Assembly: GCA_004431415.1 (NCBI GenBank)
Contig: QPMI01000132.1
Location: 4,836 to 68,835 of the forward strand
Length of the DNA stretch: 64,000 nt
Direction of reading: 5' to 3'
Source: Cyanophora paradoxa CCMP329
Lineage: Eukaryota; Plantae; Glaucophyta
The notes under the pieces were generated by a model, which worked only from the letters and a program-made list of their open reading frames with translations, was not told the DNA's origin and did no database searches. Position numbers and translations under genes: made by a program. This document shows positions 1 to 12,971 of the stretch, piece after piece (positions within the stretch are counted from its first letter, which is position 1; every line of letters begins with the position of its first letter).

Positions 1-3000
1 CCGACTCGTCGGGCACTGAGAGGACCGAGGACGTGCCCATGGGCGACCCGCGCGTTTCGAGGGGAATCATCGTCGACACGCCGACCTTGCCGAGCCCTCA
101 CGACGACCGTGACAGTCCTCCTGACACCGACGAAGACACGTCCAGCGACTCGGAGCCGAGATCAAGGACGTGGCCGCCGACCTTGGACACCGCCACGCCT
201 GGACGATCCTTCGCCTCAAGCCGTGGTGCACAACCAGCTGCGTGCGTACCTGGACACGCCGCGACGCTTTCATGGTCACAACGACGACGACGGATTGGCG
301 CAAGACCCCTGAGACGCCGACCCTCTTCGCCGCCAGCGAGCTCACGAGCTGCATGCACCTCGCAGCTGCCGCAGCAACACGCCTACTGGGCAACCGTTGC
401 TGGGTACTCGCCCGAGTGACCAGGCTCACTACCTCCTTCAACATCTGACCGAATTCCGCTCCGTCATCCACGTCATCATGCGCCTCGCGCGGGCTCAGCC
501 CTTCGCGCCTGGGGAGACGGCGACCACGTGGCCTCACCCGAACGACCCGCTCGCCGATGTCCTCGGACGGCCAGAGATGCTGGAGCTGTTTGGTTTGACA
601 CCGACAGAGTTCACTCTTGTACACCAGTCCAAGACTCCAGTCGTACCGTGCATCCTTCAGGTGGCTGTCAACCTTGCCCGCAATCTCCGGACGCTGCACT
701 ACGACGTGGAGATGACGGAGAGCGATGAACGGTTCTTGAACTTCGACAAGATCACGAACACGGCGACGCGCCTTGCAACAATCAGGCAACTGGTCCAAAC
801 TGTCAAGTTCACGGCCCCGCTCACAGGACCTGACGACATCTATCTGTCTACGCTTCGACACGGTTCACCGCCGCCCGACATCGCCTTGTCGATGCGTTCG
901 ACGGCCCTGGCGCGGGCGTGGGACATCGCTGCATACTTCGACCATTACAAGTGGGACGAGACGCGCGACCGCTACGGGGATAGCCGATTTGCTCACCTCT
1001 ACGACGTTCGTGACCCAGCACCGAGCTCCGACCGTCCATGGCCGACGAGTCACGCGCCGTTGCTGTCAATGCTCACCGAGCAAGTCGAGAACGTACTCCG
1101 CCTCGTCAACATCACAGCCGACGTCGAGGGCCCCGGCAACTTCCTGCGCCGTTACTACACGTCCGTTTCAACCCGAAATCCGACGCGAACCCGGCTACGA
1201 ACCAGCGGGCGACCGCCGAGCTCGCGGAGGAGATCCGGCTGAACAGCCAGTTAGCAGTGGTCGCGGCACGCGATGTCCATCGTCTGCGCACGCCCCCCGT
1301 CAGCGAGTCCGACCTACACCACTGTCTTCGCACGGACTGTCCCGTCACCGCTCCGGCGTCCTCCCTCAAATTTCACGAACGTCGTCGCCGCGTCTGTCAC
1401 GGAGACGACTGCGCTGGCAAGGCTCGCCGAGCTACATGACACCACCGTTGTCGCGATGTCAATCACTACGTTCATGCACAAGCGTCAACTCGCCAAGAAG
1501 GGCAAACCGATCCGTCTCGAATCGCGACTGCACGCCCCGTCTTCACCCGAAGCAGCCCGAGCCAGCTGTCGAGCTCTATTACAACTCTGACCGTTACATA
1601 ATGGTGCACCCTGAAGAGGCGGCGCTCCTGGCGTGCAAAACTGCGTGGCGCTCCCATATCCTCCAGCTGACTCTCGAGGCCATGCGTCGCGCGTACAAGC
1701 TCGAGACGGAGTCAAGCACTCGTACTGCGAGCAAGCTTGCTTTCGGCCTCGTCGCTCGACTCGACACTGCACTTAGCAAGGCTACGACCACCAGCGCTTG
1801 GCGGTAACACGGGCCTTCCTCCTGGACGCCGAGCATCGATTGAATCTGTTCTACTGCATGCTTTACCCGCGCTACCGCGATCACCTACTCCCTGTCCTCC
1901 CAGTCCGATGGTACCCGTCACCGACCCTCTCGCCGTCCCGGTCCCACGGCCCCTGAGCGCGACGTTGACGAGTACGGATACCTGACACAGTGGACGTCGG
2001 ACGGCATCGACATCTTGCCTCGCGTTCCTGACTGGGATTCCTCGTTGACTTGTCGACGACATGAGCAAGGACACTTTCTGGAACTCCAACACGTACTTCG
2101 GGCTTCGCGCCCGCGCTATGGTCTACGGAACAGAGCGCAAGCGCCCCGCGAGAAGCGACCGAATGACGAGAAGTTGCAGAAGAAGGAGCGCAAGGCCGCC
2201 CGGCTCACTCCCGAGGAGGTCGACTCCATCATCTCCAGAATTTTGAGCGAACTCCACACTGTTCCTTTCAAGGAGGTGCTACTCTCGGAGAACGCTGACA
2301 TTCCTGACGTCTATTTCTGGGCCTTCCTCAACGAGGAATGGGCGAAGGCTTCACGGTCGTCGACGGCGCTGGCTACAGCACGGAGTGTGGCCGGATCTGA
2401 GCGGCGTGATGGTCCGACGGGAACCGCGACCTGATTCGACGGAGAACGAGCGCGACACGTTCTATGCGGGTTTTGGACGGCGCAACAATCACATCAACGG
2501 GGAATTATTCGCCAAACGATCAACGACTGGTACCCAATCCGTCTCCACAATCCTCGCCCCCACTCCCGTACGGCATGCGCACATACAGCCCCGAGGAGAC
2601 GCGAGCTGGAGGTGACTTCCTACCTCTGGATACTGATCCGGGACGGGATACCTCCTATCACATCTTCATGACACGCTTCTCTTCACGAACACGGACTTCC
2701 TGGCCACAGCGTACTGCAAAACGATCCAGGAACATGGGCGACACGCGCCCCACATCTTCGCCGTCGCGCTCACATCCTCGGAGGCCCAGCCCGTTCGGAC
2801 AGACGGCTGATCTGACGAGGAGCTCACTGTGGAGGACGGGCACAGACCGGAGGAGCTCCCGGAGCCGCCGCGGTCGAAGAGCTGGAGGGAATCCCGACTC
2901 GGGACCCACCCCAGTTCATCCGCCACCACGACAAAGAAGTACATGCACGTCCTAGGTGAGGTCCACATGCCATACGTGCTACTCGGCGACTCTGGTCTCG

Positions 3001-5839
3001 AGGCATTTCTCCGGCGCGTCCCGTACATGCGCCCATTCCTCATGAAGATGCACGTACGCTGGTCGAACTTCTCGCGAGCACTCAGTCGTGTCCTACGCTA
3101 CGGCGTCGGCCCGGCACCTACCCGTACCGCGCCGGTGCTCCCGGCCATGGCGAACTCAGCCAGCACAACCGCGCGGGCCTGCCCTTCCGATCGTTCCTGA
3201 TCACGGCCGCCGACGAGTTCCACCCGGCCAACAAGTATGCCGACTACTTCGACTGCATCTACGACGAGGACAACCACGCGCACCTCCGTGACTCCGCTTC
3301 ACGTCAAGATGTCGAACGATGCTTCTACGAGATTGCCATGCCCGACGACCTCAACGCGCCGCCCATGACTCTTACGCCGGCCAATGCTGACCTGTGCGGC
3401 CCTCGAATCGTCCGATTCACGCACGTTGCACCGGCCGGACCCAGCCGCGGTGCCCCAACACGATCCAGAACCGCTCGCACATCACTATCTTCGACGCGAA
3501 CAACCGGAACACCTGGCAGCAGATCATCGCGGGCACGAGGAAACCCCCAAACGAGGCGGCGGGGCCGCACCCGTGCGGCCCGACCCCAAGTACTTCCCGG
3601 TGTCGTCAATGACTACACTGGCCCTGGGGCGTCGTCGTGTCTCTGCGTCGTCGCGGGCCCACGGGCACCGCGCCTGCAACGCCCCCGTCGTCCACCAGGT
3701 CCTGGGGTTCCCGCTTTCGGTACACACTTGGGTGTACGGAATCGCAGCGTACCTGGCGGCGGCAGTCAAGCTGCACGGTGCCTTGTCGTTCTTCCTCGAG
3801 CCCCTACCGGGGAACTCGGGAACATCATCATCGACTACGTTCGTAGCCACGAGGATGAGCTGCACTTCCGCTTCACGGCTTCAGGCGAAGTGGCGCGCAG
3901 TGCCAAACTCGACAAATGGTACGAGGTCGAGTACCCTGACTGCGAACGCGTCGACCCGGCACATTTAATCACAGCCTTCGAATCCCTACTGCACAAGGCA
4001 ACCAACGACTGGTTGGCGGTCCAGATCAAGCACGAGACACCCCCGGCGGCTCGCGAAGATGTCGACATGGATCGAAACCACTGCTGGCCCGTAGCATTCC
4101 GACTCCCGGATGGAGTCATCAACGCACTCAACGCCCAAGTCCGGGCGCTGACTTCGATCCCACGAACGATCCGTCACACCCGCATCGTCCAGTGTCTATG
4201 ACGTCAACGCGAGCGCAGTGCGCAACGCTATTATGGATTTCGAACAGCGATACGCCGACATACACGAGCAATTCCGTCACGCCGAATATGGCAACTTCAC
4301 ATTCGATCCATTCTACAATGAATTCGGCGCCGCCATCTTCAGTCGCGAACCGCAGGCGCGGGCGCTACTCCACGGTTGGTTGGAACAATTCGTTTACAAT
4401 CACGCCACCGTCGACGCGGCGACGAGGCGGCCCATCACGTTCACTAGCCGCGAAGCCTACCGGGCGGTACAGATCGTCGACGTCCTCCCCTGCGTCACTC
4501 CCTGGGCGATCCGGACAACGACAGCCTCCTTCGTCAGATCCCCACATTTACATTGGTCACGGCCCCCACGGCGCGCCCGTCGACCCGTACGAAGGCCGCA
4601 CGCGCTTCACTAACATCATGAACTACATCACTACGACGAAGGCAGAGGAGTCGCGCGCGTACATTTGGGACCGCGCCTCGACGGCAAGATCAAGCTCGTG
4701 GGCACGGACGAGTACATTCGTCGGAACCTGGATTGCGCGCAAGCCCTTTGTCCGACCCTTCGTCGTCTGGTCGACCGACTTCAAGGATCTGCGCACCAAC
4801 GAGCCGACGGGACTGGCACGCTTCGGTCACATCCAGGGTGTTGTCTTCAAGCCATCTGCAGTAACAGGCCTCCGCGTCGTAGTCCTACGGGGACCGAGAC
4901 GACGGGAACCTCTGACGGCGACGACTCCAGCTCGGACAGTGGTGGCTCCACCGCCGAGTCCGTAGCTCCATCGGAGACCCCGTCGGCCGGGACGCCGAGC
5001 CTAGCCTCGCGCGTGCAGTCGTCCGCGTTCGCCCCCACGGCCTCCTTGGACCGCTCACACGGCAGCACACGTACACGATCGCATACAACGACCTCACTAA
5101 TCCCAGGACGTCGACGGATCTCACGATGGGCTGCTGGCTCCTCTACTCTGGACGGGGACCGGACTACGAGCGGATCACGTCCGCGCGACACCGTGCCTTC
5201 GAGGACCCTGAATTCGCTGCCAGTTATCACTTGTACGACTGGTCGCCGCTTCAGCGGTCTCACCAACTCAACGCCCACGCAATCCTGGAGACGCTCCACG
5301 AGATCGAGAACTTTCGGTGGGATTTCACAACCTCTCAGGGCCTGTCAGCCGACCTCGCTTTCACTCGCGCCTTGTTCACTCGGGCGGCCTTCATCCTCAA
5401 TTCAATCGGCCTCGCGGCGTGGGACGTGGTCCTCCACAATGACTTCCGTAGTCATGACGCTCAACGGACACGTTTCTACGAGCGGCACGTACTCCAACGC
5501 GACACGCGCCTCCGCCACGCTTGGCCCCAACTCGTCAAATATCTCCGGGCGTCTCTCTCGCGCCACCGCGAAGCCATCCCGTTCCGATCCCCCGGAGAGC
5601 CTGGCTACCGGCCGGCTGAACGACGGGATGGCGCAGCGGGGACCGAAGTTGACGCGATCAACGAGATTCACTATGGCTGGCCCAGCAACCGCCACCTCAA
5701 CAAGCTCGCAAACGCCGACTGCAAGCCCATCCTTGGCGTCGGATACTTTTCAGCCACAATGCGCAATCACCGGCCCCGCTGCGTCTGTCGGCAGCTCCCT
5801 GCAGGGCACGCCCATTCGCCGCGACGGACGTCCTCATGA
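1..5839 (+). CDS. Frameshifted polyprotein region of unknown function upstream of the protease in element A
   Basis: Chain of overlapping coding-like + ORFs (397-1242, 2015-2434, 2829-3200, 3338-4201, 4218-4613, 5126-5839). Segments align by eye to element B, e.g. PDIALSMRSTALARAWD vs PDLAFEFDTASPRAWD. Confidence 0.65.
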
Positions 5840-6603
5840 ACGTGCACAGGCGGACAACCACGCGGAAGCGACCTCGCCTCAAGCGGACGGCACCGCTCCC
5901 GCCAGCCAGCGTCATCTCCGGTTCGACACCGTGCACACCGTATGAGCAGAGCTACCTCGCCTCGCTTCGCGTCTGCGCGGCACGCATGTTGGGATTTGAC
6001 GACGTCGAGGACCCCCTTGACGTTCCCCTCTTCGGCGACGGCGGCCCGTCAGTACCACACCCCATTGCGCGAATGACGGACACGAACCGCACGCTCAGAG
6101 AGCGCATCAACGACGGCCGAATCTGCGTCAACTTGCATATCGCCGCTATCGATCACCGACGACAAGTCCTTCAATACCTCCTCACCAAGGCATTGGTGGA
6201 TACAGGAGCCGCTGCGGACGTACTCGACGGCAGTATCGCCGACAAACTGCCAGGCCTTCGCTACAGCAACGCTCCGCGCGTGCACCTCACCGGCTTTGGA
6301 ACGGACATGACTGCCTATGCGCGCATCGCATTCATTGCAATTAAGGTTGGTCCGGTCACAATTCCGCGGAAGGTCCTCGTCGTCGCGCCTGGTCTCATGG
6401 GCAACACTCCAATGCTACTCGGCCTCACAACGCTGGTGGCGCTCAACGCTCACATCGTGCTCGACCCAGCAAATTGGGGAATGACGATCACGTCGCCTGA
6501 CTCCTCGGATGGCGAACGATTCCACGTCCTTTTCGGCTGCGGGCCAGCACGACGGCGGCGTTCTGGTCCGATTGGCGAAGGACATCACTGTACGGCCGGG
6601 TGA
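5836..6603 (+). CDS. Retropepsin aspartic protease domain, element A
   Basis: ALVDTGAAADVL catalytic motif and downstream MLLGLTTL motif. Confidence 0.85.
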   Translation: MNVHRRTTTRKRPRLKRTAPLPPASVISGSTPCTPYEQSYLASLRVCAARMLGFDDVEDPLDVPLFGDGGPSVPHPIARMTDTNRTLRERINDGRICVNLHIAAIDHRRQVLQYLLTKALVDTGAAADVLDGSIADKLPGLRYSNAPRVHLTGFGTDMTAYARIAFIAIKVGPVTIPRKVLVVAPGLMGNTPMLLGLTTLVALNAHIVLDPANWGMTITSPDSSDGERFHVLFGCGPARRRRSGPIGEGHHCTAG

Positions 6604-9199
6604 ATCGCTCGTTCGATGTTACATGCCACAAACGACTTCGAACACGACTCTCGGCGCACCGGAAGTCCTCCTCACTCCGCCACCACTCCTCCTCGACGAC
6701 GACGGCTTCGACGGAGCCGACGAAGTCGAATTCTTGGTGCCATACCAAATTCACCGCAACCCAGCACACGGCACGTTTTTCGTGCAGATCTGCAACCCTC
6801 ACAGGCGGCCTGTCCGCCTGCGAGCCGGAACTGTGATTGCGGAGACTGAATTCGGGACTTGGCCGGAGTCCGAATTCCGTCCACACGAGAATGTCGAGAC
6901 CTACCCCAAGGGGTGTTACAGCTCCTGGACACCTCAACAACAACTGACATTCCCGATCTCTTCCGTAGCCGCGCAAATCTACGAGAACTTCAAGCCTGTT
7001 GTCGTACCCCGACGCTCGCAACCACGGCGCTACATCTCCCGAGCCCGACGCCTCTACCCGGAGGTCTACCACCGACGACCGCCCGAACCCAACTGCAAGG
7101 AGGGCGAGGCGGCGCATGTTGGCTCCGTCGATGCTGCTGCCGACATCCGCTATCCCACGAGGCCAGCGAGCGTCTCATGTCGTACGTCGCACGTGTCGTC
7201 ACCCCTTACACTGCTCGAACCGGCGATCACTTCAACGACAAGGAGCTCATGGAGCTGGCCAGTTTCTTCGAGCCTCACTTCGCCCGCTTCGACTCCGAGC
7301 CGATGCTGGTTGGCCCCGCAGTCGGCCCACGGTGCCCATCGCGTCCGTCAATGCCGACGCTCGAATGGAGCCCCGTCGAGTGACACTGCGCCTCCTACAA
7401 AGCCATCGCCCGAGACCATCAAGGCGATGGTGGACGCCCTGTTGAAACCATCGGAGTCGAACCCCGACGCCCTTCCCGAGGATCGCACTCAACTCCAGAA
7501 CCTTCTCACGCAACGCCAGCACTGCTTCGCCCAGAACATCAATCCACGCGAGCTCCTGAAGTACAAGCACAGCATCCGACTTCTGCCCGGCGTCCCCGCC
7601 AAGCACCTCCCGCTGTACACCGTCCCTCGCCGGCTCTCTCCGCCTGCGGAGAAGGCTGCGAAGGCGGAAATCGAGAAGCTGCTACGCGACGGTCTCATCG
7701 AGCCTTCGCAAGCTGGTTTCGGCAGCCCCGTGGTGCTGGCACCGAAGAAGGATGGCACGATGCGATTCTGCGTCGACTACAGGAAGCTCAATTCCCTCAC
7801 GGAACGCGATGTCTTCCCGTTGCCACGCATTGAGGACCAATTGGAGCGCCTACAGGGTGCGTCCACGTTCTCGACTGGCGACGCAACGTCGGGTTTCTGG
7901 CAGTTGGAACTCGACGAGGAGTCACGTGACCTGACGACATTCATCGTCCCCTGGGGAATGTACAGGTGGAAAGTGACCCCTTTTGGTATCACGAACGGCC
8001 CAGCGGCGTTCTGTCGAGCCGTGACGTCAATTTTGGGCAACCTTTTGTCCACCTGCGTCGTGGCGTACGTCGATGACCTCACGGTCCACTCGCCGAACGT
8101 CAAACAACACCTTCTCGACCTGGAGGCCTTCTTCGCTGCGATCGACCGCGGTAACCTCAAACTCAAGCCCAGCAAATGTCGTTTCATGGTGCGGGAAGTC
8201 GAGCTGCTCGGATTCCGTGTCAGCAGCGACGGCATTCGCATGGACCCCAAGAAGGTTGAGATCATCTCCAAGATCACGGCGAACGAACTCCAGACTGTCG
8301 AGCAACTCCGCAGTTTCCTCGGCCTCACGGGCTTCTACCGGCGCTTCGTACAGAGTTACGCGCGACGGGAACTTTCCCTGCGAGACCTCCTTACGGACGC
8401 ACTACGAGCCGACCGGCTCAACTTGGTGTGGAATGACGAGGCTCTCGCTGCGTTGGACGACCTCAAGAAGGCGATGTGCGAGGACATTGTGCTGATGCTG
8501 CCCGACTTCACAAAGCCGTTCATCATTTACACGGACTGGAGCAAACGGGCCATGGGAGCGGTGCTCATGCAGGAGGACAAGGACGGCCGCGAGCGCCCGA
8601 TCGCATTCATCAGTCGTACTCTGACAAACATGGAGCGCAAGTACCAATCACCAACGGAGGGCGAATGCATTGCGGTACTCTGGGCGGTTAAGGTCTGGCA
8701 CCACTACTTCGTCTGCGGCCACCCGTTCACGATCCGCACGGATCATTCGGCGTTGCAATGGTTGAAGACACAGGAGCTGGCGAACAACAAGACGCTTGGG
8801 CGCGCGGCCATCGCCCTCAACCACTACAACTACGTATACACTATCGAGTACCGCAACGGGCGGTCGAACGTCGTTGCGGACTGCTGCTCTCGCCTTGCGG
8901 AGACGCACGCAGTGTACAAGCCTGGCGGCGCTGACGGCACTGACATCACGACTTCGATACCAGACGGCGCTCACGGGTTCGGTGTGCCCGATGCGGGAGA
9001 CTACGACGATCCACGCGAACTCTACCGCGTCGCCATCCACCGCACCTCCTCGGCCCTGCAACATACTCTGGACGGGCCGGCGTGGATCCCTACTGGGGAT
9101 AGACGCCGCGCCACCACGCGACCCGAGCACCTTGCCCGGCGCCACCGCGCCGAGACCGCGACGACCCTCAGACTTCACGGCGACGTCCAAGGTCGTTGA
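6509..9199 (+). CDS. pol: Reverse transcriptase + RNase H (Ty3/Gypsy pol), element A
   Basis: SPVVLAPKKDGTMRFCVDYRKLN, FPLPRI, TPFGITNGP, YVDD (8066-8077), LRSFLGLTGFYRRF, FIIYTDWS, IAFISRTL, IRTDHSAL, NVVADCCSR. Confidence 0.97.
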   Translation: MANDSTSFSAAGQHDGGVLVRLAKDITVRPGESLVRCYMPQTTSNTTLGAPEVLLTPPPLLLDDDGFDGADEVEFLVPYQIHRNPAHGTFFVQICNPHRRPVRLRAGTVIAETEFGTWPESEFRPHENVETYPKGCYSSWTPQQQLTFPISSVAAQIYENFKPVVVPRRSQPRRYISRARRLYPEVYHRRPPEPNCKEGEAAHVGSVDAAADIRYPTRPASVSCRTSHVSSPLTLLEPAITSTTRSSWSWPVSSSLTSPASTPSRCWLAPQSAHGAHRVRQCRRSNGAPSSDTAPPTKPSPETIKAMVDALLKPSESNPDALPEDRTQLQNLLTQRQHCFAQNINPRELLKYKHSIRLLPGVPAKHLPLYTVPRRLSPPAEKAAKAEIEKLLRDGLIEPSQAGFGSPVVLAPKKDGTMRFCVDYRKLNSLTERDVFPLPRIEDQLERLQGASTFSTGDATSGFWQLELDEESRDLTTFIVPWGMYRWKVTPFGITNGPAAFCRAVTSILGNLLSTCVVAYVDDLTVHSPNVKQHLLDLEAFFAAIDRGNLKLKPSKCRFMVREVELLGFRVSSDGIRMDPKKVEIISKITANELQTVEQLRSFLGLTGFYRRFVQSYARRELSLRDLLTDALRADRLNLVWNDEALAALDDLKKAMCEDIVLMLPDFTKPFIIYTDWSKRAMGAVLMQEDKDGRERPIAFISRTLTNMERKYQSPTEGECIAVLWAVKVWHHYFVCGHPFTIRTDHSALQWLKTQELANNKTLGRAAIALNHYNYVYTIEYRNGRSNVVADCCSRLAETHAVYKPGGADGTDITTSIPDGAHGFGVPDAGDYDDPRELYRVAIHRTSSALQHTLDGPAWIPTGDRRRATTRPEHLARRHRAETATTLRLHGDVQGR

Positions 9200-10369
9200 C
9201 GCCCGACACTCAGCGAGTGCGTGACATCGTCGAGAACGGCGGCCTGGAAGACGTGGAGTCCCAGATCACGCTGGAACGGCTCCACGAGAACGGCGCCTCT
9301 CTGCCCCCGACGTCGTACCCATGGAAGTTGACACGCCTGCACCGGCCGCAGCGGCAGACGAGGCGGGCGCGACGGCCCCTCCTGCACGGCGACGCCGCGG
9401 GTGACGAACCTCGAGCATACACTCGACGGCGCGGCCTGGCTACCGGCCGAGGGTCGCCGCCGCCGACTTCAAGTTCAAGGACAGGAGAGCTCCGCTGACG
9501 GGCTTCAAGCTCGAGGACGGGAGAGCTCGGCCCGGAGGCCTCGGTCTCAGTCACCGGAAGGAGGGGGAGGGGGTACAGACGAGGAGAGCGAGCCGTCGCT
9601 ACCCCGTCCATCTTTGCGAGGCTTCGATCGTCAAGCAGCTGACCGCACGCTACGCGACTCTGTGGAACGGGCACGACGCCGGGCCCTCACGGATGACGGC
9701 CAATCTTCGCAGTCCTCGGCGTCCGACGGAACGTCGAACTCAAGACGGAGCACGGCTTGGAGTGTCCCGCGCCAATACCAGCGACGGCTTGAAAAGGACT
9801 ACGCTGACCGCCTCGCCAGTGATCGCGACAGACGTTCGCGTGCGGCCCGAGATCTGCACGAAGCCTCGCGGGAAAGGACGGCGACGACGCTCGAACGGCG
9901 ACGCCAACTGGCAGAGATGGGCCGTACCCCGTCTGAGATCGACGCGCTCGTACCCCTGCCCTCTGTTCGGAACCGAACCCCGGAGGAGCGGCGCAGACGG
10001 CGACAATCCCGCAAGGCGCTGAACGCCAAGGCATGCCCCGTACCGCGGGTGAAGCCTCCCAAGGGCAAGAATTCACGGCAGTCTCGATATGCCATTGCGC
10101 CCCCGTCGCATCTCGACGTTGCTGACGAGGAAGAGTACATGCACTTCCTGCAGCAAGAACGTGACCTCGGTCGTCCGCGACCTGATCCCACTTCTAGCAG
10201 CGCTATCGCCCGCTGGACGAAGGTGAAGGCGCCCAGAATGAGCCGACACACGTTCGCTTGCCGCGTGGCACCGTTGTCATGGACACCTGGAGCGAGGGCC
10301 CCCGCCCCTCGTTGACGTTCCTCCGCCACCGACGATCCGTGAACTTGTTTCCGATGGACCGCGGTCATC

Positions 10370-11826
10370 ATGGCTCAGGCTCGTGACCCTCTTTGCCAGA
10401 TGGTGTTCGCACTTCTTCGCGAGAAGGAGAACCTGGCGCGCTGTCACTCCCACTACACTGCTGGTGAACGTGACCCGGAGGTGCTTGGGAGCTGCATTCT
10501 CTGCAAGTCTGCACGCGATCGCTTCGCTCGTGAAGCTACTCAGTACACGATCGATGAGCAAGATACCGTACTGCGGTTGCCCTTGCTCCCCACTATGCGG
10601 CCTCAGATCGTTGTACCCCAGAGTGGCGGGAGAAGATTGTTCACGCTTACCACGATGACTGGGCTCACCGTGGTGCCCCCATTGTTGCTCGGCGCATCGC
10701 CTCACGGTTTTGGTGGCCGGGCATGACGACTGCTGTCCATCGCTACGTGAAGACGTGCCGACACTGTCAGTTTGCCAAGGCTCACAAGAAGCCGAAGTCA
10801 CAATTCACTGTGATCGAGTCTGAGCATCCTGGCGACTTGCGTCAAGCCGATCACTTCCCTATGGCGCCCTCTGAGAACGGTCGACTTCACCGTTTCACAC
10901 TTGTGCACATTGACGTCGACGCTTTTACCAAGTACCCTGAGATTTTGATGCTGACGGAGGCTGATGGTCGTGCCTGTGAGTGGGCTGCACAAACTGTGTA
11001 CGCGAATCACGGCCCTTGCAAGCGGTATCTCACGGATAACGCCAAGGTCTTCACGCCTACTAGTCTCTGGGGCAAATTCTGGACTCGCCAGGGTACTCGG
11101 TTGATTTACGCTCCCACGTCCCACCAGTCCACGAACGGCGGTGCTGAGCGGCTTGGTGGCATTTACAAGCGCTTGGTGTATGCTCTTTGCGATGAGAACG
11201 GGGAGGACAATTCCCATTGGCCTTTCTATCATTATCGCGTGCTCTTCGCTCTCCGGACCACGATTCACGCTGCCACTGGTTTTTCACCCGCCGCTCTGCA
11301 CTTTGGACGAGAATTGATGTTGCCTGGCGATCTTCGTCTCGACCTCACCCTGCGCGAACCTCACGAAGATCCCGTTTCTCTCTACGATTACGCTTTGTCG
11401 GTCGCTCGAGCCGCCCGCGACCAAATCTCTGCCGTCCGAGAACACCGCAAACTTTACAACAAGAAGTTGCTTCGCTATGGCACTGGCCGTGAGCTGCATC
11501 GTGTTTTCAAGCCTGGTGACAAAGTGTTGTGCTGGATTATCAGCGCGAAGACCAGTAACGTCAAGCGCACTGGGCCTCGCAATGGTTGGACTGGCCCTTA
11601 CACTGTCACTGAGGTTCACTCTCACGGTCTTTTGTACACTGTCCGAGGCGATGACACTTCACTGGTGTATCGCTCGCGCGAGGTTCTCATGCACGTTGAT
11701 CTCATGATCGCTTTTCACGAGCGTCCTGCCAATGTTCTCGCTCCCCGCAAAGCCGGTCGCCCTCGCAAGGCCCCGTGCCTGTGCCGCCCGATCATGAGGT
11801 CCCGTGCCTCCGCCACCTGCCGTTGA
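10370..11826 (+). CDS. Integrase (HHCC zinc-binding, DDE core, GPY/F), element A, frameshifted near 10600-10720
   Basis: HAYHDDWAHRG (alternate frame ~10645) + CRHC; QADHF / LTDNA / NGGAER catalytic triad; TGFSPAALHFGR; WTGPYTV. Confidence 0.93.
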
Positions 11827-12080
11827 TCCCGATTCACTTTCCGATGATGACACGACGGATGACGAGTCTTGAATCACAGCCCGTACTGCGGTTTACCGGA
11901 TTCACTTCCGTTGTCGATGACGTGCCCTTCACTGGGATGTGGCTTGCGAGTTTCGGGAATTCTCTCTTGGCGCTGGGTCAGCGGCTGATCACTGCTGCCT
12001 GGTTTGCCCTCAACCAAATGCGCAGCTCTACATCTCTTCTGATCCAGCCGCGTGGAAGCGTCTGTGAGGACCTGGAGAGC

Positions 12081-12378
12081 TGTTGCCGATAGGGTTTCCT
12101 AGCCGTTAGTGCTTTGTTTGCACTTCGTTCGCAGTAGTACCGTGACTTGACCCGCGGCTTCTCGCGATTTCCTGAGTCACTGTACCCCTGTACGAAGATG
12201 CGACCCTAGCTACTTTTTCTGACTCTAGCTTGATACTTTCCGGTAGCCGTGTCCTAGGGTACACAGTAGTCTGTGATTAGCAGCTTTCTCTTGCAACGTG
12301 ACAGCCTGCTCGCCTGCTGCTGGTACGCTACGGGAAGGTTGCTAAGGTCTACTGGGACGTATAAAACCTCCTAAAACA
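12081..12378 (+). repeat. Putative 3' LTR of element A
   Basis: TGTT...AACA termini after purine-rich GAGGACCTGGAGAG; alternative start at TG 12063. Right end is fixed by the junction; partner LTR is outside the window. Confidence 0.65.
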
Positions 12379-12764
12379 GCAGCTCGCCGGGCGGGACGGG
12401 AGGCGCTTCGGGCGGCAGAGCGGCTATCCGGGCGGGGCGGAGGCACGGCGGGCGGCGGCGCGTCTCGACGGGCAGGGCGGAGGCGCGTTCTGCCGCGGGG
12501 GCGACGCCGGCGCAGCTCGCAGGGCGGGGCGCCGCGGCGGAGGCGCGGCGGGCGGCGGCGCTTCTGAAGCTCTAGTCCTCCGCTGAGCTAGATCTCGTCC
12601 TCCCCCACTTCTGAAAAAAGCACCGAGCTGTTATCAGAGTCCACACTATCTCGGCTCAAAGCTAACGTGACCAGCTACAGGGGTGAACTTTCCTGCTTGA
12701 CCTTTAGAGGTCCTTCCCCTCCAACAGGGGCAGTGCAACTGCAGTGTCCCTGTTCCGTTCATAT
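12379..12764 (+). mobile_element. 3' fragment of non-autonomous Helitron2/Helentron-like element (family H1), cut by Gypsy A
   Basis: Near-perfect reverse complement of 19717-20101, including GGTCCTTCCCC and the terminal hairpin AACAGGGGCAGTGCAACTGCAGTGTCCCTGTT. Confidence 0.8.
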
Positions 12765-12971
12765 CTCTCGGCAATCGTGACTTGGCGCTCGCTTCCCGTC
12801 CCGGCTTCGAATTCTCAACTGGAGACTTGCTTAAGCTTTTTGTCTTTTTCCAGTTTAATCTTTGCCATTGGACGTTCTCCTGGCCGGCGGGTTGTCCTCG
12901 AGTCTCGTCACTTAAAGCTTTGTACACATCTATAGCTACATATATCGATTGCAAATGCCACTAGCTTTTAA

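Larger units (their letters stand above)
1..12378 (+). mobile_element. Giant Ty3/Gypsy LTR retrotransposon A (5' LTR and gag lie upstream of the window)
   Basis: PR-RT-RH-IN order on +. Ends in ...AAAACA at 12378, exactly where homology to the Helitron-like element at 19721-21306 begins, so A is inserted into that element. Confidence 0.93.
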
